Positions 25,946 through 36,974 of a stretch of 64,000 bases of DNA are shown one piece after another. The DNA is from Felis catus (lineage: Eukaryota): positions 152,398,001 to 152,462,000 of the forward strand of contig NC_058368.1 in assembly GCF_018350175.1 (NCBI RefSeq), given 5' to 3'. Below the pieces are notes generated by a model. The model was given only the letters and a program-made list of their open reading frames with translations. It was not told where the DNA came from and ran no database searches. Every line of letters starts with the position of its first letter. Positions within the stretch are counted from its first letter, which is position 1. The position numbers and the translations under genes are program-made.

Positions 25946-26936
25946 GTTTGTCCTAGAACTTACCTGAAGAAAAAAAAATAGGAATAATTTTCCTACCTCA
26001 CAGGGTTGTATATGATTACATAAGTTAATATATGTGCAGTGCTTAGAACATGGTTTAGACCATCATAATGCTCAATAAAAATCAGCTGGATATTATTGTC
26101 CCACCTCTGCTGTTATTAACTCTACCCTTATAGTCACCCCACATCTTTTCATCTTATGTTTATACCAATCTCTCTAGACAATGAACTTGGCTTTCCTCAT
26201 TACCATATTTTTTTTTGCTTCATCTCTCAGAAAACCAACATAGAACACTTCTTTTGGTTAGACCTTATTTTCTTCTGCCCACATATTACCCCATAATCAA
26301 TCTCTTAGTCTTATCTCTTATGATTTCACATATGTAAGCAAACCAGTAAAGAATCTGACCCTAGGTATTAAAGACATCAACCTCCTGTTGTATAGAAAAG
26401 ATCGTAATAATTAGGAGGCATCAATGTGGGTAGTAAAATCACCAGCTCTTTGGGGCTAGAATATAGCTAACTTGGGATAAAACCCTATCTTATGGAAATT
26501 TGACTCGTCTATAGTAAAAATTATCTTTCCAGTGTTCTTCTAAGCTTTAATTTCACACAGAGGTTTCAAATACTAATCAAGTGCCTTGGGTAGCAAGAAC
26601 TCAATGGCCCTCAGATGGACCCCAGGAAAGGATTCATAGGAATCATAAAGTGATGGCAGGCCATTGAAAGAGAAGGAAGTAACACAGTGAGGTAAATTTA
26701 CCATTACAAGTTACAATGGATTTGGTTAACATGTAAAAGTAAAGATTCAAAGAATCTAAAGAGTACTCAGAGTATATAGGTAAAGTGTAAGGTTTATTTT
26801 AGTAAATTCTGTTAACTTGCTAGTGATCAAAAATCAAGGAGGTAACAATCACATGCATACAGATAGTGGTGTTCCACTGTGCTTTGTTGTTGCCTACCCA
26901 CTAGCAACTTTTCTTCCTTTTCATTACGAAATTCAC

Positions 26937-27125
26937 CCAGTTCATTCAAACATTAAGTCAACCACGTTCTTCTCAAAAGACTGGGCTCCTGTGGTTCAAG
27001 TCAATTGTGGCAATTCCATTTCCTTTGCAGATAATGGCTCTAAAAATGGACAAGTGTTGCAAAAGTAGCAAGCAGGAAGTAAGGAGAAACTTTTGAAGAG
27101 AGTTAGATGGGCGAATTTCATCACT
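26937..27125 (-). pseudogene. Exon candidate, VMKFAHLTLFKSFSLLPACYFCNTCPFLEPLSAKEMELPQLT*TTGAQSFEKNVVDLMFE*TG
   Basis: Very strong acceptor ttttctcctcttcctttttaag, donor GG|gtgaat; two TGA stops (26996-26998 and 26942-26944). Frame assignment is not unique. Confidence 0.55.
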
Positions 27126-27360
27126 CTTAAAAAGGAAGAGGAGAAAATAAAAAATAAGGAAAAGAAAGTATAAAGCATTTATTCTGTTTCCTGAATTTTG
27201 TGTAACCAAATAGTTGATAAGGAAAAATTCTTCTTTATTCAAGAATTCCAGTTAATAAATACAGCCATTAAGGGGTAATGAAGCTAGGCAACAAGCATCA
27301 GTAGAGGCCAAAATATTATGCAAAAGTTGGTATGGGATTTTATAAAGAATGGAATTTATT

Positions 27361-27588
27361 GGGGCGCCTGGGTGGCGCAGTCCGTTAAGCGTCCGACTTC
27401 AGCCAGGTCACGATCTCGCGGTCCGTGAGTTCGAGCCCCGCGTCAGGCTCTGGGCTGATGGCTCAGAGCCTGGAGCCTGTTTCCGATTCTGTGTCTCCCT
27501 CTCTCTCTGCCCCTCCCCCATTCATGCTCTGTCTCTCTCTGTCCCAAAAATAAATAAACGTTGAAAAAAATTAAAAAAAAAAAAAAAA
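27361..27588 (+). mobile_element. Young feline SINEC
   Basis: Perfect TSD aaagaatggaatttatt. Confidence 0.95.
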
Positions 27589-28306
27589 GAATGGAATTTA
27601 TTGAAAACTTCTGAATTCACTGATGAATCTTAATATCACTAAAACTGGAACAACATTACCTGTGTTCTAACTTGAACTTTTAGGAAGTAAACAGTATCAC
27701 TTATGAAATATTCTTGCAAAACAAAACAGAAGTAAACCTGAATCTCTTCAAGTTTCTATATTTAAACCTCTATTTTTGGAAATATAAGGAAGAGGATCAA
27801 GGTAAATGCAGCACAAGGAAGCAATCAGTCACATTCAGAATGTGGATAGTCTACAGGATAAATAGCACAGTTTCTTCAATAAATAAATGGACAGAGATGG
27901 TTAAAGACTAAATGAGGCTTAGAGAAATATAACAACCAAATGTTGTTTAAGGACCTTATTTGAATTATTCTTTTTTTCTTTACATAGTTGGGGAAAATTG
28001 AACATAGATAAGTGTGTAAATGATTTTAAGGAATTATTATGACTTTTATATGTGATAAAGATACAATGGTTAAGAAAAAATGCCTATATTTGCTAAATGC
28101 ATGCTGAAATGTTTACGGGCAAAATATGTAATGCTTGATTGAATGTACTCAAGCCAAAAAAAGTAGAGAAAAGAAATAAATGAAACAGATTGGCAAAATG
28201 TCAATAATTATTAAAGCTGGGTAAAGGGTGTATGCTTGCAATTTTCTAATATTGAAAGATTTTAGAGACATGGGAAAAATCTGACATAAGAAAAGATGCA
28301 CCCTAT

Positions 28307-28515
28307 GGGACGCCTGGGTGGCTCAGTCAGTTGAGCATCTGACTTTGGCTCAGGTTATGATCTCACAGTTTATGGGTTCAAGCCCTGCATCAGACTCTGT
28401 GCTGACTGTTCAGAGCCTGGAACCTGCTTCAGACTGTGTCTCCCTCTTTCTCTGCCCCTCCACCACTCTCACTCTGTGTCTCTCTCAAAAAAATTAAACA
28501 TTTAAAAATTTTTTA

Positions 28516-28550
<35 letters not shown>

Positions 28551-28552
28551 CA
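28307..28552 (+). mobile_element. SINEC with (GAAA)n tail
   Basis: SINEC body; tail expanded into GAAA repeats; flanking gcaccct. Confidence 0.9.
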
Positions 28553-29247
28553 AGCACCCTCTTCCTGTTTCCAGACTCTGAACATTATTCTGACCCTGAC
28601 AGGCAACTGTATTTATGGCAGAACAGAGAGAGTGGAAGAAACTCATTCATTGATAACATCATTGAGCCATGGATTAACTCACTCTGAAAGTATTCTACTC
28701 TGTGATTTGACGATGTCAAGTAACTAATGCTTTATTATTTCAGATAATTTTAAGATAAGTTTTCTATTACTCGCAGCCAAAAGTATCCTATGTTATCCTA
28801 AATGTTACATAAAATTATTGTATTGCTGTTTTAAAAATTATTTTCTAATTAAACAAATAATTACATGCTCATTGAAAGTAGTTACTACCTACTCTTTGGA
28901 AAAACAAACAAACGATAGAACAGGCACAGAGTTATGATTCCCTTTCATGCCCCCCCAAACGCTTACTCCTTATCAGATGCAATCACTATTAACACATTTT
29001 GATTTAAATCTGCTCCAATGTTTGCCTAGATAACGCTGTTTGCAAGTACTCCTTTGTGATTCTATGTTCCTCTGTATCTACGTATATCCTCATGTGGGAC
29101 CTAATCCTTTTGGCACAAAGAACTTGTCTTTGCAATCACCTATAATTATCTCCCCAAGTGGATAATGTGGCACTAAAATTTCACCAGGCACTCAGTAAAC
29201 AGTGGTTTGTAGGTGATACTGATGTTAAGGAGAAAAGCTGAGCTTAC

Positions 29248-29409
29248 GAGAATTATTTCCAAAGTGAGCACAAACTGAACTCCAAGTCTGAAAATGCAAT
29301 ATTGCACCTTCCCCATCCGTGCAGAAAAATAACAATAGAACACAACCGAAGATACCAGCAGGTGTGCAACATGCAAATGGCAAGCATGGAAACCAAAGTG
29401 ACTGACATT
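29248..29409 (-). pseudogene. Exon candidate (reading frame ambiguous)
   Basis: Donor CTC|gtaagc at 29247; acceptors at 29410 or 29288; two of three frames open. Confidence 0.4.
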
Positions 29410-29839
29410 CTGAAGACATTTTCCAGCAAGATAAATTGTCAAAGCTGAGAACATTTGAACAGCAGGGCACAGCAAAGAGGCATTACATCTTCACATTTCA
29501 AGTCATTTGGCTGTGCACAGCAGAGTTACTTACAAAACTTAGTAAAGAGAAATCTACATTAACTGTTGAGCCATCCATAGGACTGCATTTGGTAAGGAGA
29601 GAGGGCATATGTGCCCATCTGTTCCGGATCTAGCTACCTTCCCAACCTTCCCTCTCTTGTCATTTTTAGAATGTAAACATTTTGAATGTAGGGAGGAACT
29701 GGGTTCTGTGGTACGTTCTGAACAGTTTCCAGCACTTTGAGCACTTAGAACATTTTTAAGGAATAACAACATTTTGCATTGGACTGGAGGGAATAGAACT
29801 TCCCCTTCATTTGCTAAAATGAGAATATCTTTTATTCAC

Positions 29840-30061
29840 CAAAAGCTGTTCTTTGGCTGACCAATTTAGTAAAAGAATAAAGAACTCCTCCTCTCATGCT
29901 TAGAAGAGACCTGTTCTTAGACAATGAAATGATAATTGAAGGAGACATGTAGCAGCAGAGAGCCAGTTTGTAAAAGTATTTCTCCGAACAAGAAACATGG
30001 TTATGGAATGAAGACACTGCTGGGCCCAGCCAGGGGTTCTGCTTTGAAAGCCCCAGGCTCT
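29840..30061 (-). pseudogene. Exon candidate, SLGLSKQNPWLGPAVSSFHNHVSCSEKYFYKLALCCYMSPSIIISLSKNRSLLSMRGGVLYSFTKLVSQRTAF
   Basis: Acceptor tatatgtgctctag(ag), donor TTG|gtgaat; open throughout (ORF 29832..30173). Confidence 0.45.
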
Positions 30062-30709
30062 CTAGAGCACATATAGAAGAAAAGCATGCAAGATTTGGCC
30101 AGGCATTTATAAAAGGGACAGAAAACTTTGGGTTCCACATGCCCAAGTTTAAAAAGGGGGAAAGTGTTGGCATCGATTTTGCAGAATCTTTTAGTATTAG
30201 TAAACTGTTTATTAAAAAGAAAATAAAAAATTTTTAAATCTCTTTTGGATTTATCCTACAGATATCGTTGCTCGAGTGTGAAACAGGTATAAAAATAAAG
30301 TAAGTCCTTATGCTCTGTAATTGTGAAATATTGGAAACAACATGAATATCCATCAATAGGGGAATGATTGAGTCATTTATAGCACATCAATACAATGGAA
30401 CACTATGTAACTAAAAAAAGAATGAAAAAGTGCTCTATACAGCTATGAGAAGATCTGAGGGATACATTGTTAAGTTTTAGAAAAAAAAAACAGAATAATG
30501 TGTGTAATATAATGCCAGTTTTCTGATAAAGAAACGATTAATATCTGTATTTGTAGCAAGTATATGCATAAACTAAACTCTACTAACTGGCAGAGAGTGG
30601 GAACTGAGTGTGGGAAAGGTAAGAATTGCAAGGCTGCTTTTCAATATATAGTTTTTCATAGTTTCTCATTTTAAATCACATAGCTCTTAAAAACATTTGG
30701 GGGGGGGGG

Positions 30710-31120
30710 CTTTTTTTAAGTTTTTATTTATTTATTTTGAGAGAAAGAGAGGTTGGGGGGGGGGGAATAGAATCCAAAGCAGGCCCCACGCTGTCAGCGC
30801 AGAGCCCAACGAAGGGCTCCATTTCACATACCGTGAGATCATGACCTGAGTTGAAATCCAGAGTCAGACGCCCAACTGACTAAGCCACCCAGGCGCCCCT
30901 ATAAAAATATTTTTAATGAGGGGCGCCTGGGTGGCTGGCTCAGTTGGTTAAAGCATCCAACTCAGCTTAGGTCATGGTCTCATAGTTCATGAGTTCGAGC
31001 CCCACATCAGGCTGTCTGCTGTCAGTGCAGAGCCTGCTTCGGATCCTCTGTCTCCCTCTCTCTCTACCCCTCTTCACCCCCTCCGCTCTATCACAAATAA
31101 ATTAACTTAAAAAGTTATTT
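30710..31120. mobile_element. Head-to-head SINEC pair (minus 30710-30899, plus 30919-31120)
   Basis: caggcgcccct ... aggggcgcctg separated by about 18 nt. Confidence 0.9.
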
Positions 31121-32246
31121 TTAGTGAACTTTCATTTAAACCTCTATTAAAGCTTAAAATCAATTTCAGGCCAAATTTCTTTTTTAGGATGATTTTTTTT
31201 TAACATATCCTTCTAAGTACTACAAAAGGAAGGCCATGCTGCCTCTCCTGATCAGCTCAAAAAATAAAAAATAAATAAATAAAAAATTGGAGCAGGTAAA
31301 AGGATTTAAGTGTACAATACCCTATTTTTCCCTAGACAGCTGATAACCTGAATATATAAATATCTGAAATGCTGAGTTGCTAATGTAAAATGAAAGATGT
31401 AACCTCAGGGGTAGAACTGAATTCACAAGGGAATGACTACAATTTAGAGGAAGAAAAATACATATAGTCAGACTAATGCTAAAACCTCAATTGTGTCCAC
31501 AGAGACTGTAAACAAGAAGTCTAGGTGAGTGACAAACATTATAAGATCTTCAACAATGAATGCTAGTTTATATGCTTCACTCCATTTATGTCAATAACAG
31601 TTATATTTATGGAATATATAGATGGCCTCACCCAAAGGCCCTATTACCGTAGAAAATAAAAGTGTGGGATAAAGGTCAACTCTGCCCCTTGTCCCTAGGG
31701 AAAATAAATTGTTGAAGCTACAACCTAGCCAAAGAATAAATGCCTAAAGGCCTCTGTTAAAACTTTTAACTTAATTCCTGAAACCTTTTGTTGCATCTTT
31801 ATTTTCTGTTATTTCTCAATTGTTTTGAAAATAAGTACTCACAGTAGTAGGGGAAATAAAAGCTGTATTAAGGTCTCTATCAAGGCAATATGTAGCCTTC
31901 TCTCTTAATGATGACACAAAACAAAACACAAAATTCAAGTACCGCTGTTGCCTTCATTTTACCCTTTTTTATTAAAAAAATTATTTAAGAAAATCACCAA
32001 ACCTTTTTTTAATGTTGATTAAATGAGAAATAAGCCAATAATACACTTCAAAATGCAACGAGCATAAATGATAAACCAGCTAACATTATTATATTTGCTA
32101 TTTAATTTATAAGGTATTAATTATAAATGTAAATCAGTGTAATGTAGCCATAATGTTTTCTTAAAGTGATAAATAATTCCACATTGTGATTCACATAAAA
32201 ATCTTTCATTTAAAAATAAAATCACTTTTTAAAATCAGGGAAAATA

Positions 32247-32466
32247 GGGGCGCCTGGGTGGCGCAGTCGGTTAAGCGCCCGACTTCAGCCAGGTCACGAT
32301 CTCACGGCCCGTGAGTTCGAGCCCCGCGTCAGGCTCTGGGCTGATGGCTCGGAGCCTGGAGCCTGTTTCCGATGCTGTGTCTCCCTCTCTCTCTGCCCCT
32401 CTCCCGTTCATGCTCTGTCTCTCTCTGTCCCAAAAATAAATAAATGTTGAAAAAAAAATTTTTTTT
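32247..32466 (+). mobile_element. Young feline SINEC
   Basis: TSD aaatcagggaaaata. Confidence 0.95.
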
Positions 32467-32708
32467 AAATCAGGGAAAATATACTTGGGAAGATTGGAAC
32501 CTCTCCAAATGACCCAGAGAAGCAGAAACATGAGTTAATAATCTGAGTGTCATTTCAATTCAGTGTTTGTGGGATATCAGATGTATGAAAAACCGCAGTG
32601 AAGAACAAGGTGGAAAACATGTCTCAACAATATTATTATAAGATATCTCATTTCTATATATGATCTCGAGGTTTGTTTTAAATCAGTAATCTTTCCTAAA
32701 ACCCATAC

Positions 32709-32922
32709 CATAGCATATCATAGACGACATTATTTCATTTGTCTAATATCATTTTGTACGCAAGTAGCTGTCAGTAGTGGCAACTTAAGAAAATTAGAAA
32801 AGACTCTGTTTAACAATTTGGGTATGCCAGCATTAACAAAACAAGCAACCAAACAAAAATCCAAATGCAGAACACAAGTACAATCACTCATCTTGATATT
32901 CTGACTGTATGTCACTAAATAT
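32709..32922 (-). pseudogene. Exon candidate, YLVTYSQNIKMSDCTCVLHLDFCLVACFVNAGIPKLLNRVFSNFLKLPLLTATCVQNDIRQMK*CRL*YAM
   Basis: Strong acceptor cttttactttcag; phase-2 start fits the 34251 donor; donor ATG|gtatgg. Confidence 0.5.
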
Positions 32923-32939
32923 CTGAAAGTAAAAGTAAA

Positions 32940-33990
32940 AACTCTTGAGGACTAGAAGGCTCTTAGAGGTTTTAGTAGTACAACAATCCTTGACAGATGA
33001 TCACACACTGGATAATTGGGTGAGCGCTTGCAATGATGGGAAATTAACAGCCAAAAGTTCCTTGCTGAATAGTTCTAATTCTTACCGGAAAAGTTTTCCT
33101 GATTCCAATAATAGCCCCCATACCTTATACCAATTATTCCAAAATAAACAACAAAAAAAAAGTCTCTTTCCCCAACATGGCAGCCTTTCAAATATTCAAA
33201 CACGGCTGCCATGTATCCAGGTTCTTTTGGGTTCCAAATAAAACACCTCCACATCATTCAAGTGTTTTCTTGTACTTTCCAGACTCTCCACCTTCTACCT
33301 TCCCCCTTTCTCTTTGATATTCTAGTACACCAATGTCCCTTTTAGAGGGGGGCACCTAGAATTGAATATAACACAAGTTTGGTCTAACCAGCAGACACTA
33401 CCCCAAAAAAAGGATCTCTCTTGATGTGGACCATGCCATGCCTCAACTAATGCAACCTGTAATGATATGCCTCAACAGTCAAAACATATTTTCTTTGTCT
33501 CATATTGCATTTAGGATTAACCACAATGCCAATAAGGTCTTGGCGATATTATACTTTCTATTTATATTATTTTAATAACCATAGGACTTAACATTAATAT
33601 CTGCAAAATTTTATCTAATTGGTTTTATTCCATCTTTCCAATGAGCATTAATTCTGTTATTCGATATATTCACTGTACCTCAAAGTTTATATTAATTGTA
33701 ATTTTTATAAGGTTGGGTACTGTTTCCAAAGCAGTAAAAAATGTTTAATTGGGAAACTAGAGCATTATGAAACTTCACTAGAGAGAGTCTTAAAAATTGA
33801 TACTGGTGCATTAATCAAATTTCTTTGCATTTAGTTGTACAATCACATACAAATCCAGTTAATTGCTAATCACTAATTCTATATTTTATCACCTGCTCAA
33901 AAAGTACATAACGGGGGCTGTCAAATGACCAAGCCACACTATACCATAGAATATTGCTGACCCATCAATTTAGCAACCCATAAGAGAAAT
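32940..33990 (-). mobile_element. CR1/L3 LINE remnant
   Basis: catggcagcctttcaaatattcaaacacggctgccatgt and ggcacctagaattgaatataacacaagtttggtctaaccagcaga resemble the L3 RT 3' region. Confidence 0.7.
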
Positions 33991-34250
33991 GAAAACGGCA
34001 TTATTTAAGAGGGACTTCTAGCTGGTGAATACATGCTGCCACCCAGAGATTATATTTCACATTTCTATATACCACGTACAAACTTATTTCTTCACCAAAA
34101 AAATGATATGTATCCACACATATGACCTTAGAATTTGGAATTCAATTGTTCTGAAGTGTGAAATTTTTAAAATCCTAAACACCAATGAAATTTCTAAGAG
34201 CAATCAAAGGAAGAAACAGAATTCTGGTAGGATTCCTCAGTTCCAGTTAC

Positions 34251-34468
34251 ATCTGCATTCTTCTACCCAGCTCTATCGCTAGTGTAGTAATAACATAAGA
34301 TACTCTGGAGAAGATGGGCTTCTTTTAAACAGGGATCTTAGTAATGTTATCCAAAGTTGCACGTGTATTTGCTTTTAAATGACTTCTCTTCTGTTAACAC
34401 TTTTTGTCTTCTTGGCAAATAGGGGAAGAGTCTAGCCACAAAGTGCTCTTCCTTAGTTATGATGGTAC
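34251..34468 (-). pseudogene. Exon candidate with frameshift and stop, GTIITKEEHFVARLFPYLPRRQKVLTEEKSFK / ANTRATLDNITKIPV*KKPIFSRVSYVITTLAIELGRRMQ
   Basis: Acceptor catttgcttaccatag, donor AT|gtaact; 218 nt is 1 nt too long for the flanking phases. Confidence 0.5.
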
Positions 34469-34734
34469 CTATGGTAAGCAAATGAATGAACTAATAAATA
34501 AGAGAAAGATGGGGGAGAGGGAGTGAGACTTTTGCTTACTAACAAATTGGCCTTTTAACTCTCTTTATTAGGGAATAAGTTCTTTCCTTAAGTGGCTTAT
34601 AGTGGGAAAGTGAATTCACTAAGAGAGGGGCACAGAGGCAGTGAGAAAGAGATACACTAATGACTTGAGACAAGAGCACCCAAATCTTTCACACAAGTTC
34701 TTGGACAGAGTTGGCTAATTTATTCCAAAAGAAT

Positions 34735-34878
34735 TTTTTTACGTGTATTTATTTACTTTGAGAGAGAGAGAGAAGGACAGAGAGAGAACCCCAAGCAGTC
34801 TCTGTAGCGCAGAGCCCTACAGGGGGCTAAAACTTATGAACCGTGAAATCATGACCTGAGCCGAAACCAAGGTGCCTC
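34735..34878 (-). mobile_element. Truncated SINEC
   Basis: TSD attccaaaagaattttt. Confidence 0.85.
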
Positions 34879-35684
34879 AATTCCAAAAGAATTTTTAATT
34901 TTTAATAGGGAGATATAAACCCCCTGAAATCCAATCTAATTTGCAGATTAATACAGAAACAGAAATTCTGCAGACTAATACAGAAACATCACAAGCCGAT
35001 TCAGAGACAGTGGTCTATCTACATGCAACATTTTGAAAGTCGTAATTAAAATTATAAAAATGACATAAATTATTTCTTCAATTATTTTTTAAGATTTCTT
35101 TTTATAAAAATGATTCTATTCTAAGACACTTTTTTTTCAAAGAGAACAAAATAAACTTGAATAGATTTCTAGAGAAAACTAATTGAATTGATATAACAAT
35201 ATAATTATGGTACAAGTACAATATGTAGAGATTAACTGGCCTAAAATGCCACATGTTGTATAGGTAAAGAGAACTTTGCATCACAAAGCAACTCAGGTCT
35301 TCATTAAAATTTTTGCTATAGGTTATAAGGCAATCCAAAAGTTTTAAAGATATTCTCAATTTTTAAGCAGGTTTATTCTATAAGATTTCTCTAAGATGCT
35401 CTAAGCTGTTTGGAAACTTGAAGCTAGAAAAACTGCCGTTTGAAAACTGTGAACAACTTTATGTTGCATAAGATGTGAAAATCATACACCACTTTTTCCC
35501 TTGTCTTTGAAAAAATACAATGAGTCCCTTCATTATACAAATATAAAGTAGCAATGTTTGGGAAGCTGTGGCTCCAAAGAGCTGACTTATTCAATGAGAT
35601 CACAGAAAAGGCTCTGTTTGACCCCTGCAGACTCTTTTCTTTAAAGAAAAATTCCCTTAAATCTCCCTTTTCATTGCAGCATAC

Positions 35685-35753
35685 CTGCAAACTCTTGCTT
35701 TCCTTGTACATGAGGAAGTGTGCTCATGGAAGAGGAGGAACTAAGATTCAGAA
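35685..35753 (-). pseudogene. Exon candidate (phase 1->1), LNLSSSSSMSTLPHVQGKQEFA
   Basis: Acceptor tatctttctaatag, donor CAG|gtatgc; 69 nt open. Confidence 0.5.
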
Positions 35754-36362
35754 CTATTAGAAAGATACCTGATATTATATTGGTTTCAAGGATATAAAGG
35801 TGAACTTGAGTCAGAATCTCTGGTGATGGAGTTTGCACGTCAATATTTATAGAAAGTTCCAAACATGCTTCTGAAGCACAGCCAGGTTGCAAAAGGCTTC
35901 TACTACAACTGATTGTAGGAAACTCCCTCGCAGTTCAAATTAAGATTAACCCAGACTTTGAAAATACTCTGAGGTTGGGCTCTTACGTTCTGATGTGATT
36001 GTTTGGAGCAAAGACACACCAGAAATGTTCTAAGACCAGGGATTCCCTACAAAGAAGTGCAAGCAGGAAGATTCAGGAACAGGAGAGGCCACCTGAGACA
36101 CGAGTGAGACTGGGATGGCAAAAATGTCTCTGTTCACATTGAGCCTTAGAGTTCAGAGCACAGGACCTGGGAGCATTAAGACTGGAAGGTGTTCCTGGTT
36201 ATTGGATAAGCTGAACTTCATTTGTGAAAACAGACCAAGAGCTGGACTAGAAAGCACATGGAGTGGACAGAGCACTGTCGGCTTCACCTACACTCAGGTA
36301 CTAGGTCACATGTGCGTGGAGTTTGCACAATACTGCACCATATTGCACAATATTGTCTATTT

Positions 36363-36365
<3 letters not shown>

Positions 36366-36398
<33 letters not shown>

Positions 36399-36414
36399 TG
36401 TGTGTGTCTGTGTG
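36366..36414. repeat. (TG)n microsatellite
   Basis: Seen directly. Confidence 0.95.
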
Positions 36415-36429
36415 TTGGAGTTTGCTACA

Positions 36430-36900
36430 TGTTATTCTGCCCTTTGGTACAAAGATGATTCAAGATACTACAAATCTTTACTAGTTCACAATATCCTTGA
36501 CACCAGGTACAAACAATGGGAGCAGAAAAGTTTTATCTGGCATCTCTTTGCATTCGACACCTTCTCCATCAACATCTCAAGATGAAATGCAGGCACTTGC
36601 ACGTGCTCCAGGCCCTGACAGAAGCAGATGTGTGGAAACCAGCAACTGCTACCGTGTTCAGATTCAGATGGACAATGGAGATGACTTTGCGGGTAGCCTC
36701 AGATTCAGTGATGAGGCTACATTTCATGTAAACAGGAAGTGTATCACCTTAATATCTGTATGTGTACACTGAAAACTAACATGTTGAAATGAAACGTGCA
36801 GGATCCACGATATTTAGTGATTTTTGTGCCATACAATGCACAAAGTACGTTGGACCCTTCTTGTTTTGGCTGATGGGTCTCACAACTAAAACTGACACAA
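36430..36900 (+). mobile_element. Tc1/mariner-superfamily transposase remnant
   Basis: Across frames: LHQHLKMKCRHLHVLQALTEAD, DDFAGSLRFSDEATFHVNRK (first catalytic D motif), FCAIQCTKYVGPFLF. Confidence 0.8.
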
Positions 36901-36974
36901 TGAATTTTCCCATGGCCATCGGCAGACTTAACAATTTGCACAGACTTATCCATAAGATTCCCACTGCTGGGTAA

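Noticed and set aside
33085..33125. Minus-strand exon-like segment with a strong donor (CCG|gtaaga) and a Walker-A-like reading (AIIGIRKT)
   Set aside because: It lies inside the CR1/L3 remnant, and the 34251 and 32922 exons join in phase without it.
34413..34473. Plus-strand exon-like segment (caaatag ... ATG|gtaagc)
   Set aside because: Isolated, with no phase-compatible plus-strand partners found; it overlaps a better-supported minus-strand block.
36115..36585. Longest ORF in the track (156 aa)
   Set aside because: It runs through a (TG)n repeat and the transposon remnant, with no coherent protein signal.
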